Positions 1 to 9,330 of a DNA stretch of 64,000 nt are shown here, piece by piece. This DNA comes from Chloroflexota bacterium (lineage in GTDB: Bacteria > Chloroflexota > UBA11872 > VXOZ01): assembly GCA_963663275.1 (NCBI GenBank), contig OY760183.1, positions 2,720,001-2,784,000 of the forward strand, in the 5' to 3' direction. Each line of letters begins with the position of its first letter. The first letter of the stretch is position 1. A program made the position numbers and the translations under genes. Under the pieces are notes generated by a model that saw only the letters and a program-made list of their open reading frames with translations, was not told the DNA's origin and searched no databases.

Positions 1-846
1 CGGGACGATTGCGAGCAGAAGAACGATGGCGAGCGCGCTCGCCCGGCCGAAGTGCCGGAACTCGAACATCTGCTTGAACATCAAGGTCGCCACCACGTCG
101 GTGTTGAAGTTCCCGCCGGTCATGACCCAGACCAGGTCGAACTGCTTGAGCGCATTGATCGCGAGGGTAATGGCAACAACCGCAAGCGCCGGGTAGAGCA
201 GCGGCAAGATGATGTAGCGAAACGTCTGCCACTCGTTGGCCCCGTCCGTGCGCGCCGCTTCGAGAACCTCCTCCGATACCCCTTTCAGCGCAGCCGAGAG
301 AATGACCAAGGCAAACCCGGTCCACATCCATACGCCGGAGCCGATGATCGCGAAGTTGTTGATCTGAAACGGCTGCGGCAGGAAGTCCGGCCCGTTATCG
401 ACCAGCCACGCGTTCGGACTGCCGCCCAGCGAAACCAGCAGCGCGTTGACCGTGCCAATCTGCTCGAAACCCGCAGGCTTGAAGGCGTACATGAATCGCC
501 AGATTACGCCGGCGGCGACGAACGAAATCGCCATTGGAATGAAGATCGCCGCCTGCACGTACCGCTCGTAGCGCACGGTGTTGAGCAAGACCGCGATGAC
601 GAGGCCCAATCCCACCGTGAGTCCGGTAAACAGCGCGAGCCAGAGCAGGTTATTGAGTATCGCCGCTTGCGTAGCCGGTTGGGTCAGCACGTACCCATAG
701 TTGTCTAAACCCTCGAACCGGGTCGAATTGCCGTTCATGAAGCTGAGACGCAATGTGTCGAGCGTCGGATAGACGAGAAAGACGCCGAGGATGATCAGAG
801 CCGGTGAAAGCCACAACCACGGCGCGTACCATTTTCGGCCTACCAT
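1..846 (-). CDS. Carbohydrate ABC transporter permease (MalF/AglF-like), runs off the window start
   Basis: Not in ORF track. ATG at 846 behind AAGGAGA; reads MVGRKWYAPWLWLSPALIILGVFLVYPTLDTLRLSF...; multiple TM helices and EAA loop (EVLEAARTDGANEWQTF); directly downstream of the binding protein gene. Confidence 0.9.
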   Translation of the reverse strand, partial: MVGRKWYAPWLWLSPALIILGVFLVYPTLDTLRLSFMNGNSTRFEGLDNYGYVLTQPATQAAILNNLLWLALFTGLTVGLGLVIAVLLNTVRYERYVQAAIFIPMAISFVAAGVIWRFMYAFKPAGFEQIGTVNALLVSLGGSPNAWLVDNGPDFLPQPFQINNFAIIGSGVWMWTGFALVILSAALKGVSEEVLEAARTDGANEWQTFRYIILPLLYPALAVVAITLAINALKQFDLVWVMTGGNFNTDVVATLMFKQMFEFRHFGRASALAIVLLLAIVP

Positions 847-869
847 GAGCAAATCTCCTTCGTAGCAGA

Positions 870-907
870 AAAGGGCAGTGGCCGCGCCGGGGCCGCCACT
901 GCCCTTT
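870..907 (-). terminator. GC stem-loop with U-tract between binding protein and permease (terminator or mRNA-stabilising hairpin)
   Basis: AAAGGGCAGTGGC / GCCACTGCCCTTT 13-bp inverted repeat, ending in TTTT on the minus strand. Confidence 0.7.
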
Positions 908-930
908 CGATTGCCGGGACGGATACGCGG

Positions 931-2229
931 TTAGCCGGCCGCGTAGGCCTCCTGCGCGACGGCCTCGATCTCCGCCAGAATCGCGTCGAGATTGTCAGGA
1001 TTCTGGAGATAGTCGAGCACGCCTTTCCAGAAAGCCGCTTGCACCTCAGAGGGCATCGAGTCGTCGGCGTCGAAGCGATAGATGCTCGCCGTCGTCAACT
1101 GCTCGGCCGCTTGCGCCGCGAGCACGTCCGGATACGCCTCGAGGCTTACCTGATTGTTGACCGCGGTAAAACCGCCGCGCTCTACCCAGATCTGCTGTGC
1201 TTGCGCGCCGGCGAGGTGCTGCATCAGTGAGCGCGCGGCCGGCGTATCGCGCAGCATGACGATGACGTCGGCCCCGCCCGTAACGGCGCCGGCGTATGCC
1301 GGATCAATCGTCGGGAACGGGAAGAACGAGTAGTCCTCTCCCGCCACTTTGTCCGGGAATTGCTCGCTGATGAAACCTTGAGTAAAGCTGCCGAGATAGT
1401 ACATGCCGGCTTGCGGCGGGTCTTGGAACGGCAGGTGCGAGCCGTCGATGAAGTTCGTGGCGAGAACGGCTTGCGCGCCGCCGGGCACGTAGCCCTCCGT
1501 CAGCGCAATCTGCCCGAACTTCTCGAACGCCGACTTGACCACCGGGTCGGTCCAGGGAATCTCGTGCGCTACCCACTGGTCGTAGGCCTCCGGCCCGGAT
1601 TCATGCAACAGAATCTCGCCGATCCAGTCTGTGCCGGGCCAACCGCTGGCGCCGCCGCTCTCGACCGCAACCGACCAGGGCGCCAGCCCCGACGCCTTCA
1701 TCTGCTCGGAAAGGGCGATCATCTCGTCCCACGTCGCCGGCACGCTCCAGCCGTTTGCGGCAAAGACCTTAGGGCTATACCATATCGTGCCCTTGTTGGC
1801 CGCCTTGAAGAATATGGCGTAAAGATTGCCGTCCACCGTGCCCAGGTCCACCCACGCTTGCGAGTATTCCGCCGCCATCATGTCCATGTCCAGCACGCCG
1901 TCAAGCGGTATCAGCCTTCCTTCACTTGCCAGCGCGTGCATAAGGCCGGGATTAGGCAGGATCACGATGTCCGGCGGGTTCCCGGCTTCCAGCCGGCTCG
2001 TGAGCACCGCGTTCAGGTCGCGGGTGCCGGAAAATCCCATCGCATATCCGGTTTCCGCTTCCCACGGGGCGACGGCGGCCTGGAAGCTGGCGAGTTCGTC
2101 GCCGCCCCAGACACCGAGCACGTTCACCTGTTTCGACTCTTCAGCCGGCGCTACCCCGCAGCTCGCGAGGACCAATGAAAAGAACACAAAGACAGAGAGG
2201 GCACGCAGACACAACTTCGTGCGTCCCAT
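931..2229 (-). CDS. Sugar ABC transporter substrate-binding lipoprotein (AglE alpha-glucoside-like)
   Basis: Lipobox LASC; GNPPDIV, GWPGTDW and RFDADDSMP motifs typical of AglE-type binding proteins. Confidence 0.88.
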   Translation of the reverse strand: MGRTKLCLRALSVFVFFSLVLASCGVAPAEESKQVNVLGVWGGDELASFQAAVAPWEAETGYAMGFSGTRDLNAVLTSRLEAGNPPDIVILPNPGLMHALASEGRLIPLDGVLDMDMMAAEYSQAWVDLGTVDGNLYAIFFKAANKGTIWYSPKVFAANGWSVPATWDEMIALSEQMKASGLAPWSVAVESGGASGWPGTDWIGEILLHESGPEAYDQWVAHEIPWTDPVVKSAFEKFGQIALTEGYVPGGAQAVLATNFIDGSHLPFQDPPQAGMYYLGSFTQGFISEQFPDKVAGEDYSFFPFPTIDPAYAGAVTGGADVIVMLRDTPAARSLMQHLAGAQAQQIWVERGGFTAVNNQVSLEAYPDVLAAQAAEQLTTASIYRFDADDSMPSEVQAAFWKGVLDYLQNPDNLDAILAEIEAVAQEAYAAG

Positions 2230-2342
2230 GGCGAACTCCTTCCTCCTTACTACACCTACCTTGACGTATATTGCCTACCGCAGACCGAACGCCGGAATCA
2301 TAAGAGACTCCATGCCGTCAATCGCGGAGCATACCCAGACGT

Positions 2343-2371
2343 ACTCTAGCACACGAAAAAGTTACTGACAA
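2343..2371 (-). promoter_or_regulatory. Putative sigma70 promoter of the sugar ABC operon
   Basis: Minus strand TTGTCA-17 nt-TAGAGT with extended TG. Confidence 0.5.
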
Positions 2372-2515
2372 CCCTCAAGTACGTGCGTTTTGCCGTTTAT
2401 TCCAAAGAGTGCTAACGGCGCATATCCACTGAAACGCGCTTCACAGCGCCGGGATGCCCCGCCGCGTTGCGCGCCCAGGCCACGCGCAAAGCGCGGACGC
2501 CAGCGGGGCGCCTCG

Positions 2516-3271
2516 TCAGGGCATCAGGATACCGCCGTCCACGTTGATGATCTGTCCCGTCATGTACGCGGATTGGTCCGAGCAGAGAAAGACCGCGAAC
2601 TGCGCAATATCCTCCACCGCGCCGATGCGGTCCAAGGGAATGTGTGGCATGATCTTCCGCTGCCAGCTTTCGGGAAGCGGCGCCGGCTTGGAGTCGATAA
2701 CCCCCGGCGCGATGCAGTTCACGCGAATCTCCGGCGCCCACTCCCGGGCCAATCGCTTGGTCAACATCACTAGGCCGGCCTTGGCGGTCGCGTAGTGTGC
2801 TCCCGTCTCATAGGCGGGATGCGGGCTGATGCCGCCCCCCGAGGCGATGTTGAGAATGACACCACCCTGCCGCGCCTGCATCACGCGCGCGGCGGCCTGG
2901 CAGAGCAGGAAGGGGCTTTGGAGATTGATCGCGTGCACCCGCTGCCACTCCTCAGGCGTAATCTCCAACGCGGGCTTGCCGCTGAAAACGCCCGCGTTGT
3001 TGACGAGGATGTCCACCGTGCCGAACGCCTCCAGGGCGGCGTCAACGATTTCCCGCGCCGCGGACACGTCTCGCAAGTCCGCCTGAACCACCGCCACACC
3101 GGCGTCCTGCGCTTCGATTGCGCGGCGTACCTCGTCCACGTACCGCCCCGAATTGTGGTAGTGCAGCACGACGCGCGCTCCATTGCGCGCCAGAGCCAGG
3201 GCAATCCCCCGGCCGATGCCGCGCGCGGCCCCGGTGACAAGCGCAACTTTGCCCTGTAAAGGCTGCGTCAT
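2516..3271 (-). CDS. Short-chain dehydrogenase/reductase (FabG-like)
   Basis: TGAARGIG, NNAG, YATAK, VDGG motifs. Confidence 0.92.
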   Translation of the reverse strand: MTQPLQGKVALVTGAARGIGRGIALALARNGARVVLHYHNSGRYVDEVRRAIEAQDAGVAVVQADLRDVSAAREIVDAALEAFGTVDILVNNAGVFSGKPALEITPEEWQRVHAINLQSPFLLCQAAARVMQARQGGVILNIASGGGISPHPAYETGAHYATAKAGLVMLTKRLAREWAPEIRVNCIAPGVIDSKPAPLPESWQRKIMPHIPLDRIGAVEDIAQFAVFLCSDQSAYMTGQIINVDGGILMP

Positions 3272-3371
3272 GCGCTCACTCGTTCCACTGTTTCTTGCCT
3301 GTTCGCCTGCGTGCGCGTACCATCTCCACTACGACTGCTTCCATAGATGCCATTCAGGAGGAGGAACTCCG

Positions 3372-4163
3372 TTGCTGCTTGCCGTTTCTGAAAACATGAT
3401 ACCTGGCGCGGGCTATGGCGAGAAACTCCGCTGCCTGCGTGAGGCCGGCTACGACGGCATCGAACTCTTCCCCGACATTGCCGGCCGGCATACCGCAGAG
3501 CTTAAGCAAGCCATGGCCGATACGGGCATCGTCGCGCCGAGCATGCGCGGCCGCACGCGCGACCTGCTGTCTGCCGATCCGTCCGCGCGCCGCGACCAGA
3601 TCGAGCGCCTGCGGGGTGTCTGCGCGCTGGCCGAGGAGTGCGGTGTGGGCGTGGTGGTCATCGTGCCCGTCTTTGGCGGCCCCAACCTGCCGGATTTGTC
3701 GCCGTGGCGTTCCGCTATCGAACTTGAAGAAGCCCTCCTGGATACGATCCTGCCTACAATCGGCGTGGTCGCGGCGGATCACGGCGTTACGCTGGTAATG
3801 GAGCCGCTCAACCGCTACGAGACCCACTATCTCAAAACCCTGGCGCACGGCGCGGCGCTTTGCCAACGCGCGCACCATCCCAGCGTGCGCGTCATGGCGG
3901 ATTTCTTCCACATGCACATCGAGGAGGCGGACGTAGCCGCGAGCCTTGCCGACAATCTGGCATACGTCAGCCACGTGCACCTGGCCGACAGCAACCGCGA
4001 CCTGCCAGGCAGAGGCCATACGGACTTCGCGCCCGCGTTCCGCGTGTTGAAGCAACGCAGCTTCAGCGGCGCGTTCGCGCTTGAGTGCTCGCGCCGGGGG
4101 TCGCCGGACTTCGGCCTGAAGGAAAGCGCCGCCTACATACGCGGCATTTGGCAGGCGGCCTGA
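3372..4163 (+). CDS. Sugar phosphate isomerase/epimerase (xylose isomerase-like TIM barrel)
   Basis: TTG at 3372 after AGGAGGAGG; EPLNRYE, DFFH, HLADSNR.PG.G motifs. Confidence 0.88.
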   Translation: MLLAVSENMIPGAGYGEKLRCLREAGYDGIELFPDIAGRHTAELKQAMADTGIVAPSMRGRTRDLLSADPSARRDQIERLRGVCALAEECGVGVVVIVPVFGGPNLPDLSPWRSAIELEEALLDTILPTIGVVAADHGVTLVMEPLNRYETHYLKTLAHGAALCQRAHHPSVRVMADFFHMHIEEADVAASLADNLAYVSHVHLADSNRDLPGRGHTDFAPAFRVLKQRSFSGAFALECSRRGSPDFGLKESAAYIRGIWQAA

Positions 4164-4251
4164 GCGGCGACCGGATAGAGCCTCCGCGTGCAATTGCCTG
4201 GTCGGCAGTCTTGCCCCGGCCTAAGCCGCGGCGCGGCCTGCGGCGGCGGAT

Positions 4252-6066
4252 CTATTCCGCGCCGTCGGCCGTAAGCGTGAACGCCACGGCGCGCACGGCC
4301 AGCGGCACCACGTTGCGCACGTGCAGCGTGCGCGCGTCCAGCACGAGAATAGCGCCCGCGTGCGGCGCTAGGGCGTAGAGAATGTTGCGGCCCGGATCGA
4401 GCGCCAACTGCGTAATGCCTCCCCCCTGCCACAACTCGCGCTCCACGCTGCCGTCGGACGTATTGATCATCGTCAACGCCGCCGGCTCTCTGATTTGGCC
4501 AGCCTCATCTGCCGCCGCCTCTTCACCCGCGGCATCCCCACCCGAACTGCCTCCGCTCGAGGAGGTATTGCTCGAGGAGCCGTCGCTGGTCAACCGCGAT
4601 CGAAAGCCGGAAACAAAACCGGTGGCGCCAACGTTGCCGCCGGACGATTGCGTCCGGTCGGCGACCGGCTCATCCGGCAGCGGACCGGTCTCGACGCTCA
4701 GGTAGAGGGCGGCGCCGTCGGCGTCCAGGATGCCATGCGCGGCCCGCGCCGCCGGCAGCGCCGCCACCCGCACGGCCTGGCCGGTGTCCAGGTCTACGCG
4801 CCACAGCGCTTCCGTCTCCGGCGTGGTCACGTAGGCCGAAGCGCCGTCAGCGGCAGGCACGACTGCGCCCAGCGCCAGGCCGGCGCCAATCGTGATGGTT
4901 TCCCCCACGCTGCGGGATTCCAGCTCCACCCGCGCCATCTGCGAGCGGTCGATCGACACGGCCAGTATCGCGGTTTCGCCCAGCGGCAGCAGCCTATCCA
5001 CCGCCCACGGCAACGGAACGTCGGCTGCCGATTCGTCACTCTGATCCGTTACCATCAGCGAGGTGGCGGTGGCGGAACCCACCACCGTGTACGGGCCTGC
5101 GATTGCCAGGCTGCTCCAGTCCTGTTCCGGCAGGCCCATGAGCCGGCCCACCTGCTGGGATTGGGCGTCTACGGTCAGCAATCCGTCTTCTTGCAGAATG
5201 TAGAGGGTTTTGCCGTCGGCGGAAAGTCCCAACGCGCGGGGTTCGCCGCCGACGCCGGTGACCGTAGCCGGCCGCAAATCGACGGCGTCGTACGCCAGCA
5301 ACGCGCCGGTATCGGCAACGCCCAGCACCAGAATCGTCTTCGGCTCCGCGGCGGCCTGTTCCGGCGCGGCCTCGTCCTCCTCCTGAACGCGCAGCAGCGA
5401 GAAGAGCACGGAGCCCGTCAGCGCCAGCGCCAGAAGCGCTATGCCGACCTGCATGACGCGGGTGCGCGTCGTGGTGTCGCCGGTACCGAGCGCGGCGGCC
5501 ACGTCGGCGCGGAGGCCCGCGCCGGGGCGGGGCGCGTGGAGTTGGCGCAAAGCGCGCTCGATCGCGGCGCGGTCGGCATCGCCGTCCGGCGGACGGAACT
5601 CCGCGCGCGCCCGCTCCAGCAGTGACTCCACGCGCTCCAGCGATGCACCCATCGCCTCCGCCGTCTGGCTCTGGGGCATGCCCTCCGCCAGGGTCAGCAG
5701 CCAGACCACGCGCAGGCGCGGCGGCAGCGCGACCGCGGCCTGGCGCCAGGGGAGTGTGCGCTCATCGACCTCCACCGGACCGTCCGGGCGGCGCGAGAGC
5801 CATTGCCACCGCCTGGAAGCGAGAAACGTCCGCACCGCCATGCGATAGAACCAGGTATCCAGCACCATGGTGCGGGGCCGTTTGGGGAAGGCCCGATACG
5901 CGCGGCGGAAGGCGGCCACGACCAACGCGCGCGCTTCGTCCTCGTTCCCGGTGAGCCAGAAGCAGAAGCGGTACAGCATCGGGCCGAACTGATCGTAGAG
6001 CCCGAGGAATGCGTCCCGGTCGCCGCTTTCGGCCGCCGCGAGAATTCGTCCCCGGTTGACAAGCAT
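4252..6066 (-). CDS. ECF sigma factor fused to a TM helix and extracytoplasmic YVTN/YncE-like beta-propeller
   Basis: N-terminal sigma2 (GDRDAFLGLYDQF...TWFYRMA) and sigma4 (LPPRLRVVWLL...EAMG); hydrophobic helix VGIALLALALTGSVLFSLL; blade repeats such as LSADGKTLYI and ALDPGRNILY. Confidence 0.75.
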   Translation of the reverse strand: MLVNRGRILAAAESGDRDAFLGLYDQFGPMLYRFCFWLTGNEDEARALVVAAFRRAYRAFPKRPRTMVLDTWFYRMAVRTFLASRRWQWLSRRPDGPVEVDERTLPWRQAAVALPPRLRVVWLLTLAEGMPQSQTAEAMGASLERVESLLERARAEFRPPDGDADRAAIERALRQLHAPRPGAGLRADVAAALGTGDTTTRTRVMQVGIALLALALTGSVLFSLLRVQEEDEAAPEQAAAEPKTILVLGVADTGALLAYDAVDLRPATVTGVGGEPRALGLSADGKTLYILQEDGLLTVDAQSQQVGRLMGLPEQDWSSLAIAGPYTVVGSATATSLMVTDQSDESAADVPLPWAVDRLLPLGETAILAVSIDRSQMARVELESRSVGETITIGAGLALGAVVPAADGASAYVTTPETEALWRVDLDTGQAVRVAALPAARAAHGILDADGAALYLSVETGPLPDEPVADRTQSSGGNVGATGFVSGFRSRLTSDGSSSNTSSSGGSSGGDAAGEEAAADEAGQIREPAALTMINTSDGSVERELWQGGGITQLALDPGRNILYALAPHAGAILVLDARTLHVRNVVPLAVRAVAFTLTADGAE

Positions 6067-6480
6067 CGCCGCCCTCGGTCCGTTTCACGCTGCGCAATTG
6101 CCTGACTGCATGGTAGCACACAGGGCGCGCCGCCTTGCCGCTCTGCGCGCAAAGTCCGCGCATGGGCAGCGTCCGAGCGGCGCGGCGCCGCAATTGCGCG
6201 AACCACGCGAAAGATGTACCGTACACGTAATCGGAGACACGTTCGCCAACGTCTTCAAGAGCCCTCTATCCGTTCATTTGAGAGGCAATCGGGACGCGCG
6301 ATTCCCGCTTACGCGCCGCTGCCCGGGGGTTTGTCCTCCGTAACATGGCGCGCCAGGCAAGCATTATCATAAGCGCGCGGCACGACTAACCGCGCGCCGT
6401 TCCCGCACAATCGAGGATTCCCTGTGGCATCGACAAGAAGGTCGTTGGTTTCCCATCCCAGCTTGCGCGTCGCCTTCAGG

Positions 6481-7743
6481 ATGTTCGAGTCGGTGCGGAT
6501 TCCCGCCTTCCGCGACCTGTGGATCGGCATGCTCGCCTCGTACGTGGGCATGTACATGGGAATGGTCTCGCGCGGGTACCTGGCCTATGAGCTAACCGGA
6601 TCGGCGACGGTGCTCGGAGTCGTCACCGTCGCGTCGGGAGTGCCCATGCTGCTCCTCTCTCCGCTGGGGGGCGTTCTGGCGGACGTGATGAACCGCCGCT
6701 TCATCCTGATTCACAGCCAGACCTTCATGGTGGTTTCGTCCCTGCTCCTTGCCGCCCTCATTCATCTAGACCTAATCGCCATTTGGCACCTTGTCTTCTT
6801 CGGCTTTCTGCAAGGCGTCCTCTTCACCGTCAACATGCCCGCGCGCTCTTCCGCCCTGCCGCACCTGGTGGGCAGGCCCATGCTGCCCAGCGCAATCGGA
6901 CTGACCAACTCGGGACGCAACCTGATGTCGGTGATTGCCCCGGCCATTGCCGGCACCGTGATCGCGATTCCCTGGCTGGGCACGGCCGGCGCTTTCGACA
7001 TTGCCGCGTTTTGCTACGTGCTCGCAACGTTGCTGATGCTGCGCCTGCCTAAGAGCCTGGCGGACGGGCGCAAGCCGACCGAGGTTGCGCTTGCCCGGCA
7101 GATGATCGATGGCTTCAGTTACATGTTCACGCGCCGCGACCTGCTCGTGCTGCTCGTGCTGGGACTCGTCCCCATTCTCTTCGGTATGCACGTGCACTCC
7201 TTCATGCCGGTGTTCCAAGCGGACGTGCTTGGCGTTGGGGCGGTAGAGTTGGGCCTGCTGCTCTCGGCGCTGGGGGTCGGCGGCACCTTCGGCTCGCTCG
7301 TCATCGCGCCGCTGGCCGAGAGCAAGCACAGCCACGTCATGCAGCTTGCCGCGGGCATCTTCTTCGGCCTGACCCTCATCGCGTTTGCCAGTAGCACGTC
7401 GTTCACCTTCAGCTTGATTACGGCCGGGTGGGTCGGCTTCGCGGGGAATGCCTCCACGGGCCTCAACAGCGCCTTGCTGATGCTGCGGGCGGAGGAGGCG
7501 TACTATGGGCGCGTGATGAGCATCTACATGATGAACTGGTCGCTCATGACGCTCTTCACGCTGCCCCTGGGCATGCTGGTGGACCGCTGGGGCGCGCCGC
7601 TGGTGGTAAGCGTCACCGGAATGGGCATTGTGCTCTTCATGGCCGCCGCGTTCTTCCTCTTCCGCGACGTCCGCGAAGACCGGCCCCACAGCGAGGAGTT
7701 AAGCGTCGAAACCGGCCCCGCAGCCGTTGAGAAGAGCGTCTAG
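6481..7743 (+). CDS. MFS transporter (DHA3/H+ antiporter-like)
   Basis: About 12 TM helices; FRDLW and GGVLADVMNRR motif A; start may be GTG 6424. Confidence 0.88.
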   Translation: MFESVRIPAFRDLWIGMLASYVGMYMGMVSRGYLAYELTGSATVLGVVTVASGVPMLLLSPLGGVLADVMNRRFILIHSQTFMVVSSLLLAALIHLDLIAIWHLVFFGFLQGVLFTVNMPARSSALPHLVGRPMLPSAIGLTNSGRNLMSVIAPAIAGTVIAIPWLGTAGAFDIAAFCYVLATLLMLRLPKSLADGRKPTEVALARQMIDGFSYMFTRRDLLVLLVLGLVPILFGMHVHSFMPVFQADVLGVGAVELGLLLSALGVGGTFGSLVIAPLAESKHSHVMQLAAGIFFGLTLIAFASSTSFTFSLITAGWVGFAGNASTGLNSALLMLRAEEAYYGRVMSIYMMNWSLMTLFTLPLGMLVDRWGAPLVVSVTGMGIVLFMAAAFFLFRDVREDRPHSEELSVETGPAAVEKSV

Positions 7744-7790
7744 TGGCATCCCCCAATGGCCTCGGCAGGCAGAAACGTCCCGCCTTGATC

Positions 7791-8166
7791 CCCTCTCCCG
7801 AAGGAGACCTTTGCGTTACCCCTTCCCCATTGAGGGGGAAGGCCGGGATGGGGGTGAAAAGGCTTGACGGCAAGCAATCCAATAGGGTAAAGGCGCCTCT
7901 GGATTCCGGTCTTCACCGGAATGACAGAGTTATGCAAAGGTCTCCGAAGGGCTGACAGGGGTATGTACTCCACAATCGACGCCAAGTGTCATTCCGAGCG
8001 GAGCGAGGAATCTAGTAGAGGTGTTCTTGCAGGGCAATGCCTTAGATTCCGCGCTCTTAGCGACTCTCCGCTGCGCTCCGTTCGGAATGACACGTCGAGC
8101 CAATTCAAGATTGCCTACCCCTGACAGATCCCAGAGGGAGAAGGAGAGGGATTGGGTGAGGGTGAA
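7791..8166. mobile_element. Composite of MITE-A (7803-7945) and MITE-B (7949-8130) inserted in a CCCTCTCCC..GGGAGA hairpin repeat
   Basis: MITE-A TIR GGAGACCTTTGC/GCAAAGGTCTCC with GAA on both sides; MITE-B TIR GGGCTGACAGGGGTA/TACCCCTGACAG; related copies near 35.2 kb and 61.8 kb. Confidence 0.8.
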
Positions 8167-8244
8167 TCAGAGAATCAGAGCAACTCGGTAAGTAACGAGG
8201 GCGTTCCCTTGCGGGCGCGTGGAAAGCGGGGCAAGGATTAGTCT

Positions 8245-9006
8245 ATGAGCGCATCACGAGACAAGATCGTCGCCTTCCTGGATGAATACCTCGACGTGCG
8301 CGGCATTCGCGACTACGGCCCCATGGGGATGCAAGTAATCGGCAAAGCGGAGGTGAGCCGCGTCGCCGTGGCGGTGAGCGCCTCGCGGGCCTGCTTTGAA
8401 CAAGCGGCGGCGCAAGCGGCGGACATGCTAATCGTTCATCACGGTCTCTTCTGGGACAACGAGAGCCGCGTGATCGGCACGGTGATGCGGGGACGCCTCG
8501 AAACGTTGTTTCAGCATGACGTGAGTCTGCTGGGCTACCATCTCTGCCTCGACAAGCACCCGGAGATCGGCAACAACGCGCTCGGCTTGCGCGCCTTGGG
8601 CGCTACGCCGGTGGAGCGCGACGCGCCCCTCGGCGCGGTAGGGTACGTCGGCGCGTTTTCCAAACCGCTGCCTTGGGACGACCTCGCGACCCGCGTGCGC
8701 AATGTCTTTGGCGGCGAACCGTTCTTCTTTCCAACCGGACCGGCGGAGACGACGCGCCTGGGCCTGATTACCGGCGGCGCGGGCTCTCCCGCCTACGTCA
8801 CGGAGGCGGTGGAACGCGGCTGCGACACCTATCTCACCGGCGACCTCAGCGAGCCCGCGCCCGCCGTGGCCGCCGAATTGGGCATCAACCTCATCGGCGC
8901 CGGTCACTACAACACCGAGAAACTCGGCGTGCAGGCCGTTGGCGGCCTGCTGGAGAGGCGATTTGGGGTGAGCGCCGTTTTCATCGACGTGCCTAATCCG
9001 CTGTAG
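8245..9006 (+). CDS. Nif3/YbgI-like dinuclear metal centre protein
   Basis: HHGLFW, YHLCLDKHPEIGNN, GHYNTE motifs. Confidence 0.92.
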   Translation: MSASRDKIVAFLDEYLDVRGIRDYGPMGMQVIGKAEVSRVAVAVSASRACFEQAAAQAADMLIVHHGLFWDNESRVIGTVMRGRLETLFQHDVSLLGYHLCLDKHPEIGNNALGLRALGATPVERDAPLGAVGYVGAFSKPLPWDDLATRVRNVFGGEPFFFPTGPAETTRLGLITGGAGSPAYVTEAVERGCDTYLTGDLSEPAPAVAAELGINLIGAGHYNTEKLGVQAVGGLLERRFGVSAVFIDVPNPL

Positions 9007-9028
9007 CGCCGCGGGCGCCCACAAGGGG

Positions 9029-9190
9029 CAATGCTGTCGCATTAACGTAGCGTGGGGGCTTGTCCCCCGCCGGTATGGGAAGAATGAGAAAGAAATGGAT
9101 TGACCATACGGAAGACGCAGGTTACAAACCTGCGCTACCGGAGAAATGAGCGTAGTTTTCACTCTCATTGCGTTTAGTGCGACAACATTA
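9029..9190. mobile_element. IS4-like MITE (MITE-C, 162 bp)
   Basis: TIR CAATGCTGTCGCATTAA / TTAGTGCGACAACATTA; perfect 11-bp duplication CCCACAAGGGG at 9018-9028 and 9191-9201; inverted copy at 50211-50387. Confidence 0.85.
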
Positions 9191-9330
9191 CCCACAAGGG
9201 GCGCCCCTACCGGATTCCGGCGCCGGTCCGTAGCGGGATAGTACGCCGCACCTTTTAGGCGCCTTGTCAATATATGTGAAGAGACCGAGTTGCCGGTTTG
9301 CGGATCATGCGAATCGGCCGCGGCCCGATG

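Noticed and set aside
7637-8124. Short ORFs over repeat blocks (also 35269-35895, 55503-56027, 61931-62496)
   Set aside because: They are translations of palindromic repeats (CHSERSEES, PHPNPLP, FDRL) with no coding signal
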